DNA from: an uncultured Thermoplasmatales archaeon
Lineage (GTDB): Archaea; Thermoplasmatota; E2; DHVEG-1
Assembly (NCBI GenBank): GCA_964473335.1
Contig: CAYYOO010000002.1
Location: 1-52,961, forward strand
Length of the DNA stretch: 52,961 nt
Direction: 5' to 3'
The translations under genes and the position numbers were made by a program. Positions 36,328 through 46,391 of this stretch are shown one piece after another. Positions within the stretch are counted from its first letter, which is position 1. Each line of letters opens with the position of its first letter. Below the pieces are notes generated by a model that searched no databases, was not told where the DNA came from, and saw only the letters and a list, made by a program, of their open reading frames with translations.

Positions 36328-39300
36328 ATGAAAATGAAAAAATATATTGTAATTATATTAATACTAATGTTCTTTCTTAGTCCAATTAATATTTTGACTG
36401 ATGCAGATCAAATTAGATCAACTGATTTATCAACTTATCAATATAAACAGATTATTTCAATTCCTTTTGACACAAGTATAGAACAATCAAAATTTTATCC
36501 AGTTGATATAAAGATTAATTTTGAAAATCCATGTTATGCAGCTGATGAAAAAGATAATTCAGTTAGAATTGGCTGTGAAATAGACCTAGAATTAATCGAA
36601 CTTGAATCCCAGATCTATGATCTTAAAAAAACAGATGATAATTATATATCATCTTGTAATGTTGTTTTTCTAATACCAGAAAATGCAGATGGAAAAGAAG
36701 AATACTATGTATTCTATGATTCAGAAAAAAAAGATTCACCTGATTATGAAAAACATATTGAACTTACTGATTCCCATTATTTTTATGAACCAATATCTGG
36801 ACAAAAAATAGATCTTGATTACTATGGAATAAAAGAAAATGATAATGTTATTTATGGAATATGTCAAACTGGTGAACTTCTTGGTAATCCAATTGCATTA
36901 AGTGTATTAAAATTCAAACCAAATTCAAAGATTTTTGAAACATATAACATTGATCAACTAGCAGTCTTTGATATGCGATATGGAATAAATCCTCAACCGG
37001 GATATGAAGGGACATCATGGGCTGAAAATGTAAAAAAAACAGTTCTAGTTGATGGAAATCTAATGGTGAGAGTAAGACTTGAAGCAGAATCTCCAAAGGG
37101 AAACATTCTATCTGATAATATCTATACATACTATCATTCACCAACTGAAAATAAAAAAATTGTTGTAGATTGTTATCACGAGATTTTAAGTGATATATAT
37201 GTCGAAGAACCAAGTCTTTTAGATGGTACATATGGTGGAATTGTATCAATTAAATCGAGAAGCTCAACAATTGAAAAAATGAATGTCGGATCAATTCTTC
37301 CTAAACTATATGTGTATACTGAAGATGAAACAATAAATGATTTTTCTGTTCCACAAAACCCAAGTACAATCGAAAGAGAGGCAATCATTTCAACTGAGGA
37401 TGATATAGATCTAGGTAACTCAGCTTGGCTTTGCTCAAAGGATCCAGATAGAGGTATATTTCATGGTTTAATAGTTGATTCAAACAAAGGTTTTACTGAA
37501 GAAAATGATGGGATACAGGTTAAATCATGGGTTAAAGAAAATATCAATTATCCTGGTCTTGAGGCAGATACAGGTAATCTCTATATTTCAAGAAATTCTT
37601 ATGAAAATAAAAAACATAACCCTGATCTGATAGATGGTTTTAATGTAAATTATAAAGTAGAATTTTTCACTATAAAAAGTGAGAAAATAAGTAATATAAA
37701 TGATAGATCTGAAATCTTTCAAAATGCTCAATTAATCTTTCCTTCCTTTAGAAAAAATATTACTTCAGAAGAAACCGAAAAAAAAGAACGATTTAATCTT
37801 ACAACATATGTACATATGGCTACTTCTTTTCCTCTTGGTTCTCTTCTATCTGCTAGATTTGGTAAAAAACTACCCTACATATATGCTGAATTGTATAAAG
37901 ATAACACCTTTAAATCATCAGGATCAGTTGGTAGACTTACCGTTGGATCAGTCGATCTTGATTTAGAGGGAAAGACACTGATAGGAAAAATCAGAACAAT
38001 ACTTGGGATATTTGATTTTAAGAAGAGCTCTTTTTTCAAAAGAATTGTTTTTCCAGATCTTGAAGAGGGTAGATATGTCATTAAGATTTTTAGAGAAAAC
38101 CCGTTTTTTTCAGATGAAAGAAAATATATTGGTTATGGAATTGTTGATGTAGATAAAAATACAACACTTAGAATATTTTGTACATCTGAAGCAAAAAGCA
38201 ATTTTAAAATTAAGGATCAAGATCAAAATGGTATAAAAGATGCTGAATTTTTTATTTTATCAGGAGAAAATATAATTGCAGATGAAAGATCTGATAAGAA
38301 TGGTACAGCTAAACTTTCAGCTCCAGCTAGTTTTAAAGATAAATATAAACTAAGGATTTTATACAAAGGGTTTCTTGTTTCTGAAGAAGAAATAAAACTC
38401 GGGTTTCTTAATCATTTTAAGGAATTAAATAAAAATTACAAACTAGATTTATATGACCTAAATATAAGACTAAAGGATTTATGGGGATATACACCTGAAG
38501 TAGATGTAAATATCTTTTTAGAAAGTAATGAAATGGTTGATGAATTTACAATTACATCAGAAAAAATTGATAGAAAAAACTATATTTTTAAGGATTTATT
38601 ATCAAGTAAATATGATCTTTTTTTAAAGTATAAATCGTTTGAACTAAAAGAAAATATTGATCTAAAAAATGATGATACAATAGATCTATTATTTCCTGCT
38701 GAATACAAAACAGATATCAACTTTTTCAATCTTTTTGGTGAGAAGATTTCAAATGGCAAAGTAATTGTTACTAGAAATAACAAAAAAATAACATTAGATA
38801 TTGATGAAGATGGACATTCTTCTTTTATTGTTCCACCTGGTGAGTATAGATTAGATATTGTTAATGAAGATGAAAAGATAGCATTTCAAGATATCAATAT
38901 TAAAGGCTCAAAGAAAATTGATATTGTTACTGATACTGGTTCTTTGATTCATTATGCAGTTACTATTCTTGGTATCATTGGTCTAATTATTTCATTTGTT
39001 TATATGATATACAAAAAGAAAATATGGGCTGGTTTGAAATTAATAGTAATCTTCTTGATAGTTATCTCTATTTTTCAACCCTGGTGGGTTTTAAATGGGG
39101 ATAACAGTGTCAAAACAACTACTACAACAACTTTATATCCACCTAAAATGGTATCTTTTACTGAAGGTGCTGAAGGAATGGGCGGGAGTGTAAGTATTCT
39201 TCCTCCTGAGTTAACAAGTTTACTAACGATCCTTTCAGTAATTCTATTTGTATCTATAATATTTATCTTGTTATCAATTGTTTCAAAAAACAGGTTTGAA

Positions 39301-39570
39301 AAAACAAGTAAAATATTATCTTTTATAAGTATTATACCAGTAGTTATCACTCTAGGTCTTTTTTATTATGCATTGTCCTTGTTAACTGAACTTGGTGTCG
39401 GTAGTTTTATGGGAACAGGTCAAGTTATGGCAACAGTTCCAGGTCAAGTAGAATCTGTTTTAATTGACAGTAGTTGGGGGCCGGGACTTGGTTTTTATAT
39501 AGCATTGGTTACAATTTTTATCATGTTTATTTCCCTTATTTTTAAAAAAAAGTTTAAAAACAAGTTTTAA
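36328..39570 (+). CDS. Large (1080 aa) envelope protein: signal peptide, long extracellular region, C-terminal 5-TM domain
   Basis: N-terminal hydrophobic leader. A prealbumin/CarboxypepD_reg-like segment (KIKDQDQNGIKDAEFFILSGE...DKNGTAKL). Five hydrophobic helices in the last ~230 aa. Confidence 0.45.
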   Translation: MKMKKYIVIILILMFFLSPINILTDADQIRSTDLSTYQYKQIISIPFDTSIEQSKFYPVDIKINFENPCYAADEKDNSVRIGCEIDLELIELESQIYDLKKTDDNYISSCNVVFLIPENADGKEEYYVFYDSEKKDSPDYEKHIELTDSHYFYEPISGQKIDLDYYGIKENDNVIYGICQTGELLGNPIALSVLKFKPNSKIFETYNIDQLAVFDMRYGINPQPGYEGTSWAENVKKTVLVDGNLMVRVRLEAESPKGNILSDNIYTYYHSPTENKKIVVDCYHEILSDIYVEEPSLLDGTYGGIVSIKSRSSTIEKMNVGSILPKLYVYTEDETINDFSVPQNPSTIEREAIISTEDDIDLGNSAWLCSKDPDRGIFHGLIVDSNKGFTEENDGIQVKSWVKENINYPGLEADTGNLYISRNSYENKKHNPDLIDGFNVNYKVEFFTIKSEKISNINDRSEIFQNAQLIFPSFRKNITSEETEKKERFNLTTYVHMATSFPLGSLLSARFGKKLPYIYAELYKDNTFKSSGSVGRLTVGSVDLDLEGKTLIGKIRTILGIFDFKKSSFFKRIVFPDLEEGRYVIKIFRENPFFSDERKYIGYGIVDVDKNTTLRIFCTSEAKSNFKIKDQDQNGIKDAEFFILSGENIIADERSDKNGTAKLSAPASFKDKYKLRILYKGFLVSEEEIKLGFLNHFKELNKNYKLDLYDLNIRLKDLWGYTPEVDVNIFLESNEMVDEFTITSEKIDRKNYIFKDLLSSKYDLFLKYKSFELKENIDLKNDDTIDLLFPAEYKTDINFFNLFGEKISNGKVIVTRNNKKITLDIDEDGHSSFIVPPGEYRLDIVNEDEKIAFQDINIKGSKKIDIVTDTGSLIHYAVTILGIIGLIISFVYMIYKKKIWAGLKLIVIFLIVISIFQPWWVLNGDNSVKTTTTTTLYPPKMVSFTEGAEGMGGSVSILPPELTSLLTILSVILFVSIIFILLSIVSKNRFEKTSKILSFISIIPVVITLGLFYYALSLLTELGVGSFMGTGQVMATVPGQVESVLIDSSWGPGLGFYIALVTIFIMFISLIFKKKFKNKF

Positions 39571-39577
39571 ATAAACA

Positions 39578-40411
39578 TTGAAAATTCACTCTTTTGTTAT
39601 GAATAAGTCTTATCGAATCGGAAATTATGAAACTAGACCTTATTCAAAATTTAGAAAAGATATTGAAATTGTAACTTCTGAAGGATGGAGAAAAAGAAGT
39701 GCTCATGCAATTCTTGAAATAGATGTGACAGTTGCCCGTGAAAAAATTAAAAAAATTAAAGGAAAAACTGGAGAAAAACTTTCTTTTACTGGTTTTATAA
39801 TCAATTGTGTATCTGAATCAATGACCAAACATAAGAGTCTAAATTCATATAAACTTGGTAGAAAAAAGATTGTTTCTTTTGATGATGTAGATGTAGCAAT
39901 TCCTGTTGAAAAAAAAACTGATGAAGAAGTAAGACCCCGGGTTTATATCGTCAGAAAAGCTAATGAAAAAACAGTTTCAGAAATCACTAAAGAAATAAGA
40001 TCAGTTCAAAAACAAAGCGTTGAAAATAAAACTGAACTATTAGGTGAAGAAGAAACGAAGTTAGAGCGTTTTGTTTTAAGCCTTCCCTTTTTTCTTAAAA
40101 AAATACTTATGCGTTTTATTAGAAAAAAAGGGCTATTTAAAAAGAAATATATGGGTTCAACTGCTGTTACTGCAATTGGCATGAAAGGTAATTTCAAAGG
40201 ATGGATTGTTCCACTTGGTGGTACTGCTACAACTCTTTTTGTAGTAGGTGGTATATCAAAAAAACCAAGGGTTGTTGATGATAAAATTGTTCCAAGAGAA
40301 ATACTTCATTTAACAATAACAGTTGATCATGATTTAGTTGATGGCGGCCCTCTTGCTAGATTTGTTGAAACTCTTACAAATCTTATGGAAAAAGGATATG
40401 GTTTAGAATAG
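39578..40411 (+). CDS. Stand-alone 2-oxoacid dehydrogenase E2-type acyltransferase catalytic domain (CAT fold)
   Basis: The C-terminal catalytic motif LTITVDHDLVDGGPLARF matches DH[RD]xxDG. No lipoyl or subunit-binding domain is present. An alternative in-frame ATG lies at 39599. Confidence 0.65.
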   Translation: MKIHSFVMNKSYRIGNYETRPYSKFRKDIEIVTSEGWRKRSAHAILEIDVTVAREKIKKIKGKTGEKLSFTGFIINCVSESMTKHKSLNSYKLGRKKIVSFDDVDVAIPVEKKTDEEVRPRVYIVRKANEKTVSEITKEIRSVQKQSVENKTELLGEEETKLERFVLSLPFFLKKILMRFIRKKGLFKKKYMGSTAVTAIGMKGNFKGWIVPLGGTATTLFVVGGISKKPRVVDDKIVPREILHLTITVDHDLVDGGPLARFVETLTNLMEKGYGLE

Positions 40412-40454
40412 ATAAAAAAAATTTTAAAAAAAGTTTTTTTGAAAAGAATATTGT

Positions 40455-40583
40455 TTAGTTTGTATCCTGTAAACTTGCAAAGCAAATCGGGCAGACTCTT
40501 TTAATTTCTCCATCGATTATTTTTACATGATTATTGTTTACAATTTTTTGGTTATTGCAGCATCTACAGTTTTTTCCGACCAT
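40455..40583 (-). CDS. Small zinc-ribbon protein, 42 aa (absent from the ORF track)
   Basis: Translation is MVGKNCRCCNNQKIVNNNHVKIIDGEIKRVCPICFASLQDTN. A TATTTATA box lies about 30 nt upstream on the minus strand. Confidence 0.4.
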   Translation of the reverse strand: MVGKNCRCCNNQKIVNNNHVKIIDGEIKRVCPICFASLQDTN

Positions 40584-40791
40584 TGTATCAGTAACACTCA
40601 ATTTTAGTAGTGTATAAATAGCTTTTGGTTATAATTTATATAGATTTATATAAATGCATTTTTTCATTTTACAAACGTAAATTATTAGACAGAAAATCTT
40701 AAAAATATATCAAAAACTAATCGGATTTTTTTATAAAAGTTTAAATTATTTGTTTTTATACAAATATCATAATTGTTTTGAGGAGAGAACC

Positions 40792-43700
40792 ATGAAAAAA
40801 TTCCTTATATTATCTGTAATAATTTTGTTAGTTGGAGCTGTTTTTTTAACTGGATGCGTTCAAGAAAATACTGATGAAAATGATGATGGAACAGATGATT
40901 TAGAAAATACAATAGATCAAAGTGAAGCATACAATATTTTACTTGAAAATATCCTAAAACCCGGCTCATCCAATAGTCAATCTTCGGCTTTTATGCTAAC
41001 TGAGATGTTGAAACCAGGGGATGTAATAACTTCAGATAGTGGTGAAACATATACAATTGATAAGGATACCTGGTTTGTATTTATTGACGATCAACCTTGG
41101 GCTTTTTTTTCTCACCCTGTAAGATATATAAAAATCAATGCACAAACTGGTAATTATGAAGTGATAAACGAGAATTGGCCTCCATTGATAAACAATAATT
41201 CACTTTGGGATAAGGTAAATCATAATCGAGGAAATGTTAAAGACATCTATCCAGTTTTAAATCAATCTGTTCCGATAAATAGTACTGATGATACAGGCGC
41301 ACCAAATGCTGATTATGGTGATGCGCCTGACACTCAGAATGCTTATTATGGTGTGATTGGTTCTTTTCCAACTTATTATAATACTACCAATAGCAGAGTT
41401 GGTTATCCTGGCGCACATACATTAAATACAGGTGAGGAAACACTTGGTTTAACTGTAAGTGCTGAAGTCGATGCAAGTGATCCTAATGATCCAGATCTTG
41501 TCCCTAATCTTGTTGACTCAGATAAAGATGATTCTTTGTATGTATATATCAACAATCAGAATGCTCAATTATCCTTTACAGTAAAAGTAAGTAAAAATGC
41601 TCCAGATGTCAATCGTTATATCAATGTTTTAATTGATTTTGATCAAAATGGAAGCTGGATTAAAGGCAGTTATGGTGAAGAATGGGTTATTAAAAATTAT
41701 GAAGTAAATGTAAAACCGGGTACTACAAAAACAATTACCACACCTCAATTTTCTTGGGGTAACAAATCAACTTCTCCTTCTCCTGTTTGGATGCGTGTAT
41801 CTTTAACCAGAAAAAAAGTTAATGAAACTTTATTTTCAACTGTTGGAGGATGGGACGGCAGTGGTCAATTTGAATATGGTGAAATTGAAGACCACATTGT
41901 TTATCTGACTGATGATATACCTGAACCTGAGAAAGTATGGCCTCCTTGGCCTAAGAACCCTCCAAAGGGTGGAACTCCTAATCCGCCAGGGGGCGGAGGC
42001 CCTCAACCACCCGGTTCAACTACTGGGCCATGTGGAACAACTGTAAACTATCACTCGATTATCATCAGCGGTGGTGACTCAAGTAGCCATCTGGGAAAAG
42101 GACTAAGTCCAGCAACTGAGGCAGTAGGCACAATGACTGATTTACTTAGTGATCAGGGATATAGCTCTGTTGGAAGCCTTGGTCCTGGAAGTAACTCTAT
42201 GGCTGATATTGAGCAGGCTTTTGAAAACCTAAAAGCATCAGTTAAGTGCGGCGATCATGTTCTTATATATATTGTTGGTCACGGTAAACCTGCAAAAGAC
42301 GGAGGAGGTATTGCAATGAAAGGAACTAGTGGTAAAACACATGATACAATGAAACCAAGTGATCTGTCAAACCTTTTGGATTCAATTCCAGCATGTCCTG
42401 ATGAGGATTGTGATGTAGAGGGAAAATGCTGTCATGTAACGGTTGTGATTGAATCATGTTATGCAGGAAATTTCAATGATGATAGTATCAAAGGTACTGG
42501 TAGAACAGTCATGGGCTCATCAGATGATGAACCAGCCGCTGCAACAGGCGGAGGTGTGTTTACAAGCGGTTTTAGCGATGCATCAAATAATGAAGATAGT
42601 GATGCTGATGATGATGGAACAGTTACACCGCAGGAAGCATTTGATGGTGCTGAAGATAGTGTTTCAGATAACAATAAAAAATCAGGTAGAGGACAAGAAC
42701 CCTGGTCTGACAGTCAGGAATGTGAATGTAAATGTCCGTGCAGCCCAAGTATTGATGTTGATAAATACGTTTTAGATGGTGATGACTGGGCAACAGAAAT
42801 CGATGCATTTTTAGGCGATAGTGCTTCTTTCAAGGTTACTATTCTAAATGATGGAAAATGTAGGGATATTTCAGATCTATCTTTTGTTGACAGTCTTCCA
42901 AGTTGCTTAGGTTATGGTAGTGATGGAAGTGTAACATATACTGATTCTGAAGGACAAATATCAGAACTTAGCTTGTCTCCTTCATTGTCTGATACCGCCG
43001 GTGGCGGAACCCAGCTTACTTGGGATATTGGATCTGAAATCGGTCTTTTTTCACCTGATGAAGTGATTACTATTGAGTATTCAGCAACAACACTTGAAAT
43101 CGGTGAAAACACAAACATTGCAAATGCTACAGCAAAATGCACATATGATCCAAGTATTACAGTTAGTGATAGTGATTCAGCAACTGTTAATGTAGCGTCT
43201 GAACCTGTGGATGAAATACCTCCTGTTGAAGAAACAATGTCTGTTTTTTTAGAGGGATCTGGCGAATGTAGCTGTGTGGGTGAAGAATGTTCGGGAACTA
43301 TTACAATTTCATCATATGGAGCAACTGATTTGTCAGATGGTCAATATCCAATTTCTGAAGTAACTTTATCTATTAATGGCATACAAAAATCTTCAGCGAC
43401 ATTAACCTCAGATCCTTTCAGTAGTTCTTATTCAGAGGAATTTTCAGATTGTTCATTACTATATGATGTTATAGTAACTGCTACAAACAGTGCGGGTCAA
43501 AGTCTTAGCACAAATGCCACTCTAGAACTTGTAACAATATTAAGTATTGATGTCAGTGCAACAGCAGAATCATATTATGAATATCAAGGTAAGGAGATTA
43601 CAAGCTGTATAAGCTATCTAAATGTTACATTTGAAGCAACTGATCCATCTGGTGAAAACCCTATTCTTGAAGTAAGTATGACAAAGACTAATGATGGAAA

Positions 43701-43869
43701 TACTGAAGATATTGAAGTCACTGAGCCTTTAGGATCTAGTGATTTTTTACAAAAGGAATATTATCAAACAGATTGTGGCGAGACGTTTACTTTTGAAATG
43801 ATTGTCACAACTTCAAAAAAAGTTAGGGAAACATCGATAATTATTACTACACCAACTCCAGAGTTATAA
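40792..43869 (+). CDS. Large secreted lipoprotein: GEVED-like domain, Pro/Gly linker, clan CD (caspase/legumain-like) peptidase domain, DUF11-like repeat
   Basis: Start MKKFLILS...LTGC (lipobox-like) with GAGGAG upstream. DYGDAPD...FEYGEIEDH, PPWPKNPPKGGTPNPPGGGGPQPPG, the His/Cys dyad IYIVGHGKP ... VVIESCYAGNF, and VDKYV...FKVTILNDG...VDSLP. Confidence 0.5.
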   Translation: MKKFLILSVIILLVGAVFLTGCVQENTDENDDGTDDLENTIDQSEAYNILLENILKPGSSNSQSSAFMLTEMLKPGDVITSDSGETYTIDKDTWFVFIDDQPWAFFSHPVRYIKINAQTGNYEVINENWPPLINNNSLWDKVNHNRGNVKDIYPVLNQSVPINSTDDTGAPNADYGDAPDTQNAYYGVIGSFPTYYNTTNSRVGYPGAHTLNTGEETLGLTVSAEVDASDPNDPDLVPNLVDSDKDDSLYVYINNQNAQLSFTVKVSKNAPDVNRYINVLIDFDQNGSWIKGSYGEEWVIKNYEVNVKPGTTKTITTPQFSWGNKSTSPSPVWMRVSLTRKKVNETLFSTVGGWDGSGQFEYGEIEDHIVYLTDDIPEPEKVWPPWPKNPPKGGTPNPPGGGGPQPPGSTTGPCGTTVNYHSIIISGGDSSSHLGKGLSPATEAVGTMTDLLSDQGYSSVGSLGPGSNSMADIEQAFENLKASVKCGDHVLIYIVGHGKPAKDGGGIAMKGTSGKTHDTMKPSDLSNLLDSIPACPDEDCDVEGKCCHVTVVIESCYAGNFNDDSIKGTGRTVMGSSDDEPAAATGGGVFTSGFSDASNNEDSDADDDGTVTPQEAFDGAEDSVSDNNKKSGRGQEPWSDSQECECKCPCSPSIDVDKYVLDGDDWATEIDAFLGDSASFKVTILNDGKCRDISDLSFVDSLPSCLGYGSDGSVTYTDSEGQISELSLSPSLSDTAGGGTQLTWDIGSEIGLFSPDEVITIEYSATTLEIGENTNIANATAKCTYDPSITVSDSDSATVNVASEPVDEIPPVEETMSVFLEGSGECSCVGEECSGTITISSYGATDLSDGQYPISEVTLSINGIQKSSATLTSDPFSSSYSEEFSDCSLLYDVIVTATNSAGQSLSTNATLELVTILSIDVSATAESYYEYQGKEITSCISYLNVTFEATDPSGENPILEVSMTKTNDGNTEDIEVTEPLGSSDFLQKEYYQTDCGETFTFEMIVTTSKKVRETSIIITTPTPEL

Positions 43870-43889
43870 AAATCTTAAAAAAATGTTAA

Positions 43890-43906
43890 ATGCTCCCGAC
43901 GAGCAT
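43890..43906 (+). terminator. Hairpin atgctc-ccgac-gagcat downstream of the lipoprotein gene
   Basis: Perfect 6-bp stem with a 5-nt loop, 21 nt after the stop at 43869. Confidence 0.3.
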
Positions 43907-44074
43907 ACCTGTTAAAAGTAGAATGCTCTTAATTTAACAATTTGATATTATTATTCCGTTTAATTGTTTTAATCGGCAGATTATATAATAAAACTAGAAA
44001 ACAACAGTAATGGCCTTTATTTTGCAATAATTTGATTTTGTATTATTTTTTTCTAGGAACTTATTTTATACCTG

Positions 44075-44126
44075 AATTCCTACATTAATAAACAAAATAG
44101 CTTGTTTTTCGAATTTTGTAGGAATT
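44075..44126. promoter_or_regulatory. 10-bp perfect inverted repeat aattcctaca / tgtaggaatt upstream of the UbiA-like gene
   Basis: Arms at 44075-44084 and 44117-44126, 32 nt apart and about 60 nt upstream of the ATG at 44185. Confidence 0.3.
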
Positions 44127-44184
44127 TATCCTATTTGGGCTTTATGTTTACATAATATATTATTATATTAGAGGCAAAAGAAGA

Positions 44185-45108
44185 ATGACCGAATGTGAAT
44201 GTCCAAACATTTACGAAAAAGTAGATTTCCCTGCAGAAAAATTAATTAAAAAAACAACTAATGCTAAAAAATTTATTTGTAATGAATTTATTTATGGGGG
44301 GCATTGGCTTTCACTTGGGGGTTCTGCTTTTATTTTGTCAATAATGTTAATGCTGCAAATCTCATTTAGATGGGAATTAGTTATTATTGTATATTTGTTA
44401 CTCCAAATCGTATATAATTATGATCACTACACATTTTTGGAGGAAGATTCTAAAAATAACCCAAATAGAACAAACCATCTTAAAAAATATCAAAAATTCT
44501 TCCCTATATTCCTAGTAATTTATAGTTCTTTATTCTTTGGATTATTGTATATTTTTGGTAATACAATAAGTTTTATTTTTGGAACTTTTTTATTGACTTT
44601 AGGCCTTTTATATACTATTTTTTGTAAAAAACTTACATCTAAAATTGTAGGTTTTAAGAATTTTTATACATCTTTCTCTGTTTCATTATTAGTTATATTT
44701 GTAACTTTTCATAGTTTTTATGAGATAAACATTTTATCTCTTATATTCATTTTATTTATCTTTATACGCCTTTTAGTTAATACTAGTTTTTGTGATCTAA
44801 AAGATATGGATATTGATAAGAAACAAAATTTAAAAACGCTACCAATCTATTTTGGAAAACAAAAATTTCTTACATTCCTTCATATCCTAAACTTTATTTC
44901 ATTTATTCTTTTGTCAACTGCTATTGTTACAGGTATAGCACCATCGTTTTCGATATTTTTACTTTTGTTTTTTCCATATGTATATTATTATATCAAAAAA
45001 GCAAAAAAAACAGATACCGATCTTCAATCATTGTCTAGTTTTGCAGTTGATGGAGAATTTATAATATGGCCGATTTTATTATTTATAGGATCCATTTTCA
45101 TATTTTAA
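44185..45108 (+). CDS. UbiA-superfamily-like polytopic prenyltransferase, paralog 1
   Basis: Eight to nine TM helices. The second Asp-rich block DLKDMDIDKKQNLKTLPIYFG fits D-x-x-D-x-x-x-D...G-x-x-T-x-P...G. The first motif is non-canonical (YNYDHY). Confidence 0.5.
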   Translation: MTECECPNIYEKVDFPAEKLIKKTTNAKKFICNEFIYGGHWLSLGGSAFILSIMLMLQISFRWELVIIVYLLLQIVYNYDHYTFLEEDSKNNPNRTNHLKKYQKFFPIFLVIYSSLFFGLLYIFGNTISFIFGTFLLTLGLLYTIFCKKLTSKIVGFKNFYTSFSVSLLVIFVTFHSFYEINILSLIFILFIFIRLLVNTSFCDLKDMDIDKKQNLKTLPIYFGKQKFLTFLHILNFISFILLSTAIVTGIAPSFSIFLLLFFPYVYYYIKKAKKTDTDLQSLSSFAVDGEFIIWPILLFIGSIFIF

Positions 45109-45153
45109 ATAAAATGTAGCAAAAGTTATATATTTAAAACGAGATAAAAATCT

Positions 45154-46308
45154 ATGAAAATAAAAAATAATGTTAGAGATATCATGATTGTAGGAGGAGG
45201 CCCTGCAGGGGCATATTTAGGATATCTTCTTGCAAAAAATAATATTAAACCAATAATTTTTGACCATTCACACCCACGTGAGAAACCTTGTGGGGGAGGT
45301 ATTAGTGCTTTTGCTTTAAAAAAATTTTCATTTCTAAATGAGATATCTGAAGTATTTGCCCCGAAAAATGAATATGAAGGTGAATTAATATCGCCTGAAG
45401 GAATAAATGTAACAATAAAAGGAAAAGAACCTTCTTGGACGATCTCAAGAAAGATCTTTGATAATTTTCTTCTTAATAAAGCATTAGATAATGGTGTAAA
45501 ATTAATCAAAGAGCAAGTTATAGATGTAAAACAAATAGATAATTTATGGGAGATTAAAACAAAAAAGGGGACTTATAAAGCAAAAATATTAATTGGTGCT
45601 GATGGAGTTAATAGTATAGTTCGGAAAAAGATACTTGGACCAATACCAAAATCTGATATTGGCATATGTTATGGCTGTTTTGCTGTTAGTAAAAAACAAG
45701 AGATACCAAGAGTAAAATATTTGCTAAATGGCGAGGGGTATTTTTGGTGTTTTCCTAGAGAGGATCATTTGAGTATAGGTATTGGTATACCCTCTTATGA
45801 GAAAAAAGATGTAAAAGAATTACTAAATAATTTTATAGAGGAGTATTATCCTAATATTAAGATACAGTCAAAATGGGGGGCAACAGTTCCATTTATCAAT
45901 GATACTAATTTTTATAATACACCATGTTCGGGTGATAATTGGATATTAATAGGTGATGCTGCAGGTCATGTTGACCCGATAACGGCAGAAGGTATCACTT
46001 ACGCACTATGGTCTGCAGAATTAGCTTCTAAAGCAATCATAAATGGCGATATTTCTTCATATGATAATATGTGGAAACAAGAATATGGTGAAAAACTATT
46101 AACTGGATGTAAGATGAGACACATGTTTTATAATCCTAGTTTTCTTGAACAATCAATGAAGATTGCATCTAAGAGTAAAACCTTTTCCAGTTTACTCTAT
46201 GATATAATGCAAGGTAAACAAAGATATCAATCTCTAATGAGAAGAGTGATTATTGATTCTCCAAAAATAATAAAAGAATATTTTATCAAATCAATTGAAG
46301 AGTATTAA
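45154..46308 (+). CDS. Geranylgeranyl reductase family FAD-dependent oxidoreductase
   Basis: IMIVGGGPAGAYLGYLLA (dinucleotide fold), PCGGG, GADGVNS, and GDAAGHVDPITAEGITYA. Confidence 0.7.
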   Translation: MKIKNNVRDIMIVGGGPAGAYLGYLLAKNNIKPIIFDHSHPREKPCGGGISAFALKKFSFLNEISEVFAPKNEYEGELISPEGINVTIKGKEPSWTISRKIFDNFLLNKALDNGVKLIKEQVIDVKQIDNLWEIKTKKGTYKAKILIGADGVNSIVRKKILGPIPKSDIGICYGCFAVSKKQEIPRVKYLLNGEGYFWCFPREDHLSIGIGIPSYEKKDVKELLNNFIEEYYPNIKIQSKWGATVPFINDTNFYNTPCSGDNWILIGDAAGHVDPITAEGITYALWSAELASKAIINGDISSYDNMWKQEYGEKLLTGCKMRHMFYNPSFLEQSMKIASKSKTFSSLLYDIMQGKQRYQSLMRRVIIDSPKIIKEYFIKSIEEY

Positions 46309-46391
46309 TTTTTCTAGTATTTATTTTTAAATCTATAATTTATATAATACTTTAAATATTACGAAATTAATTAGTATCTAGTGAAAAAATA

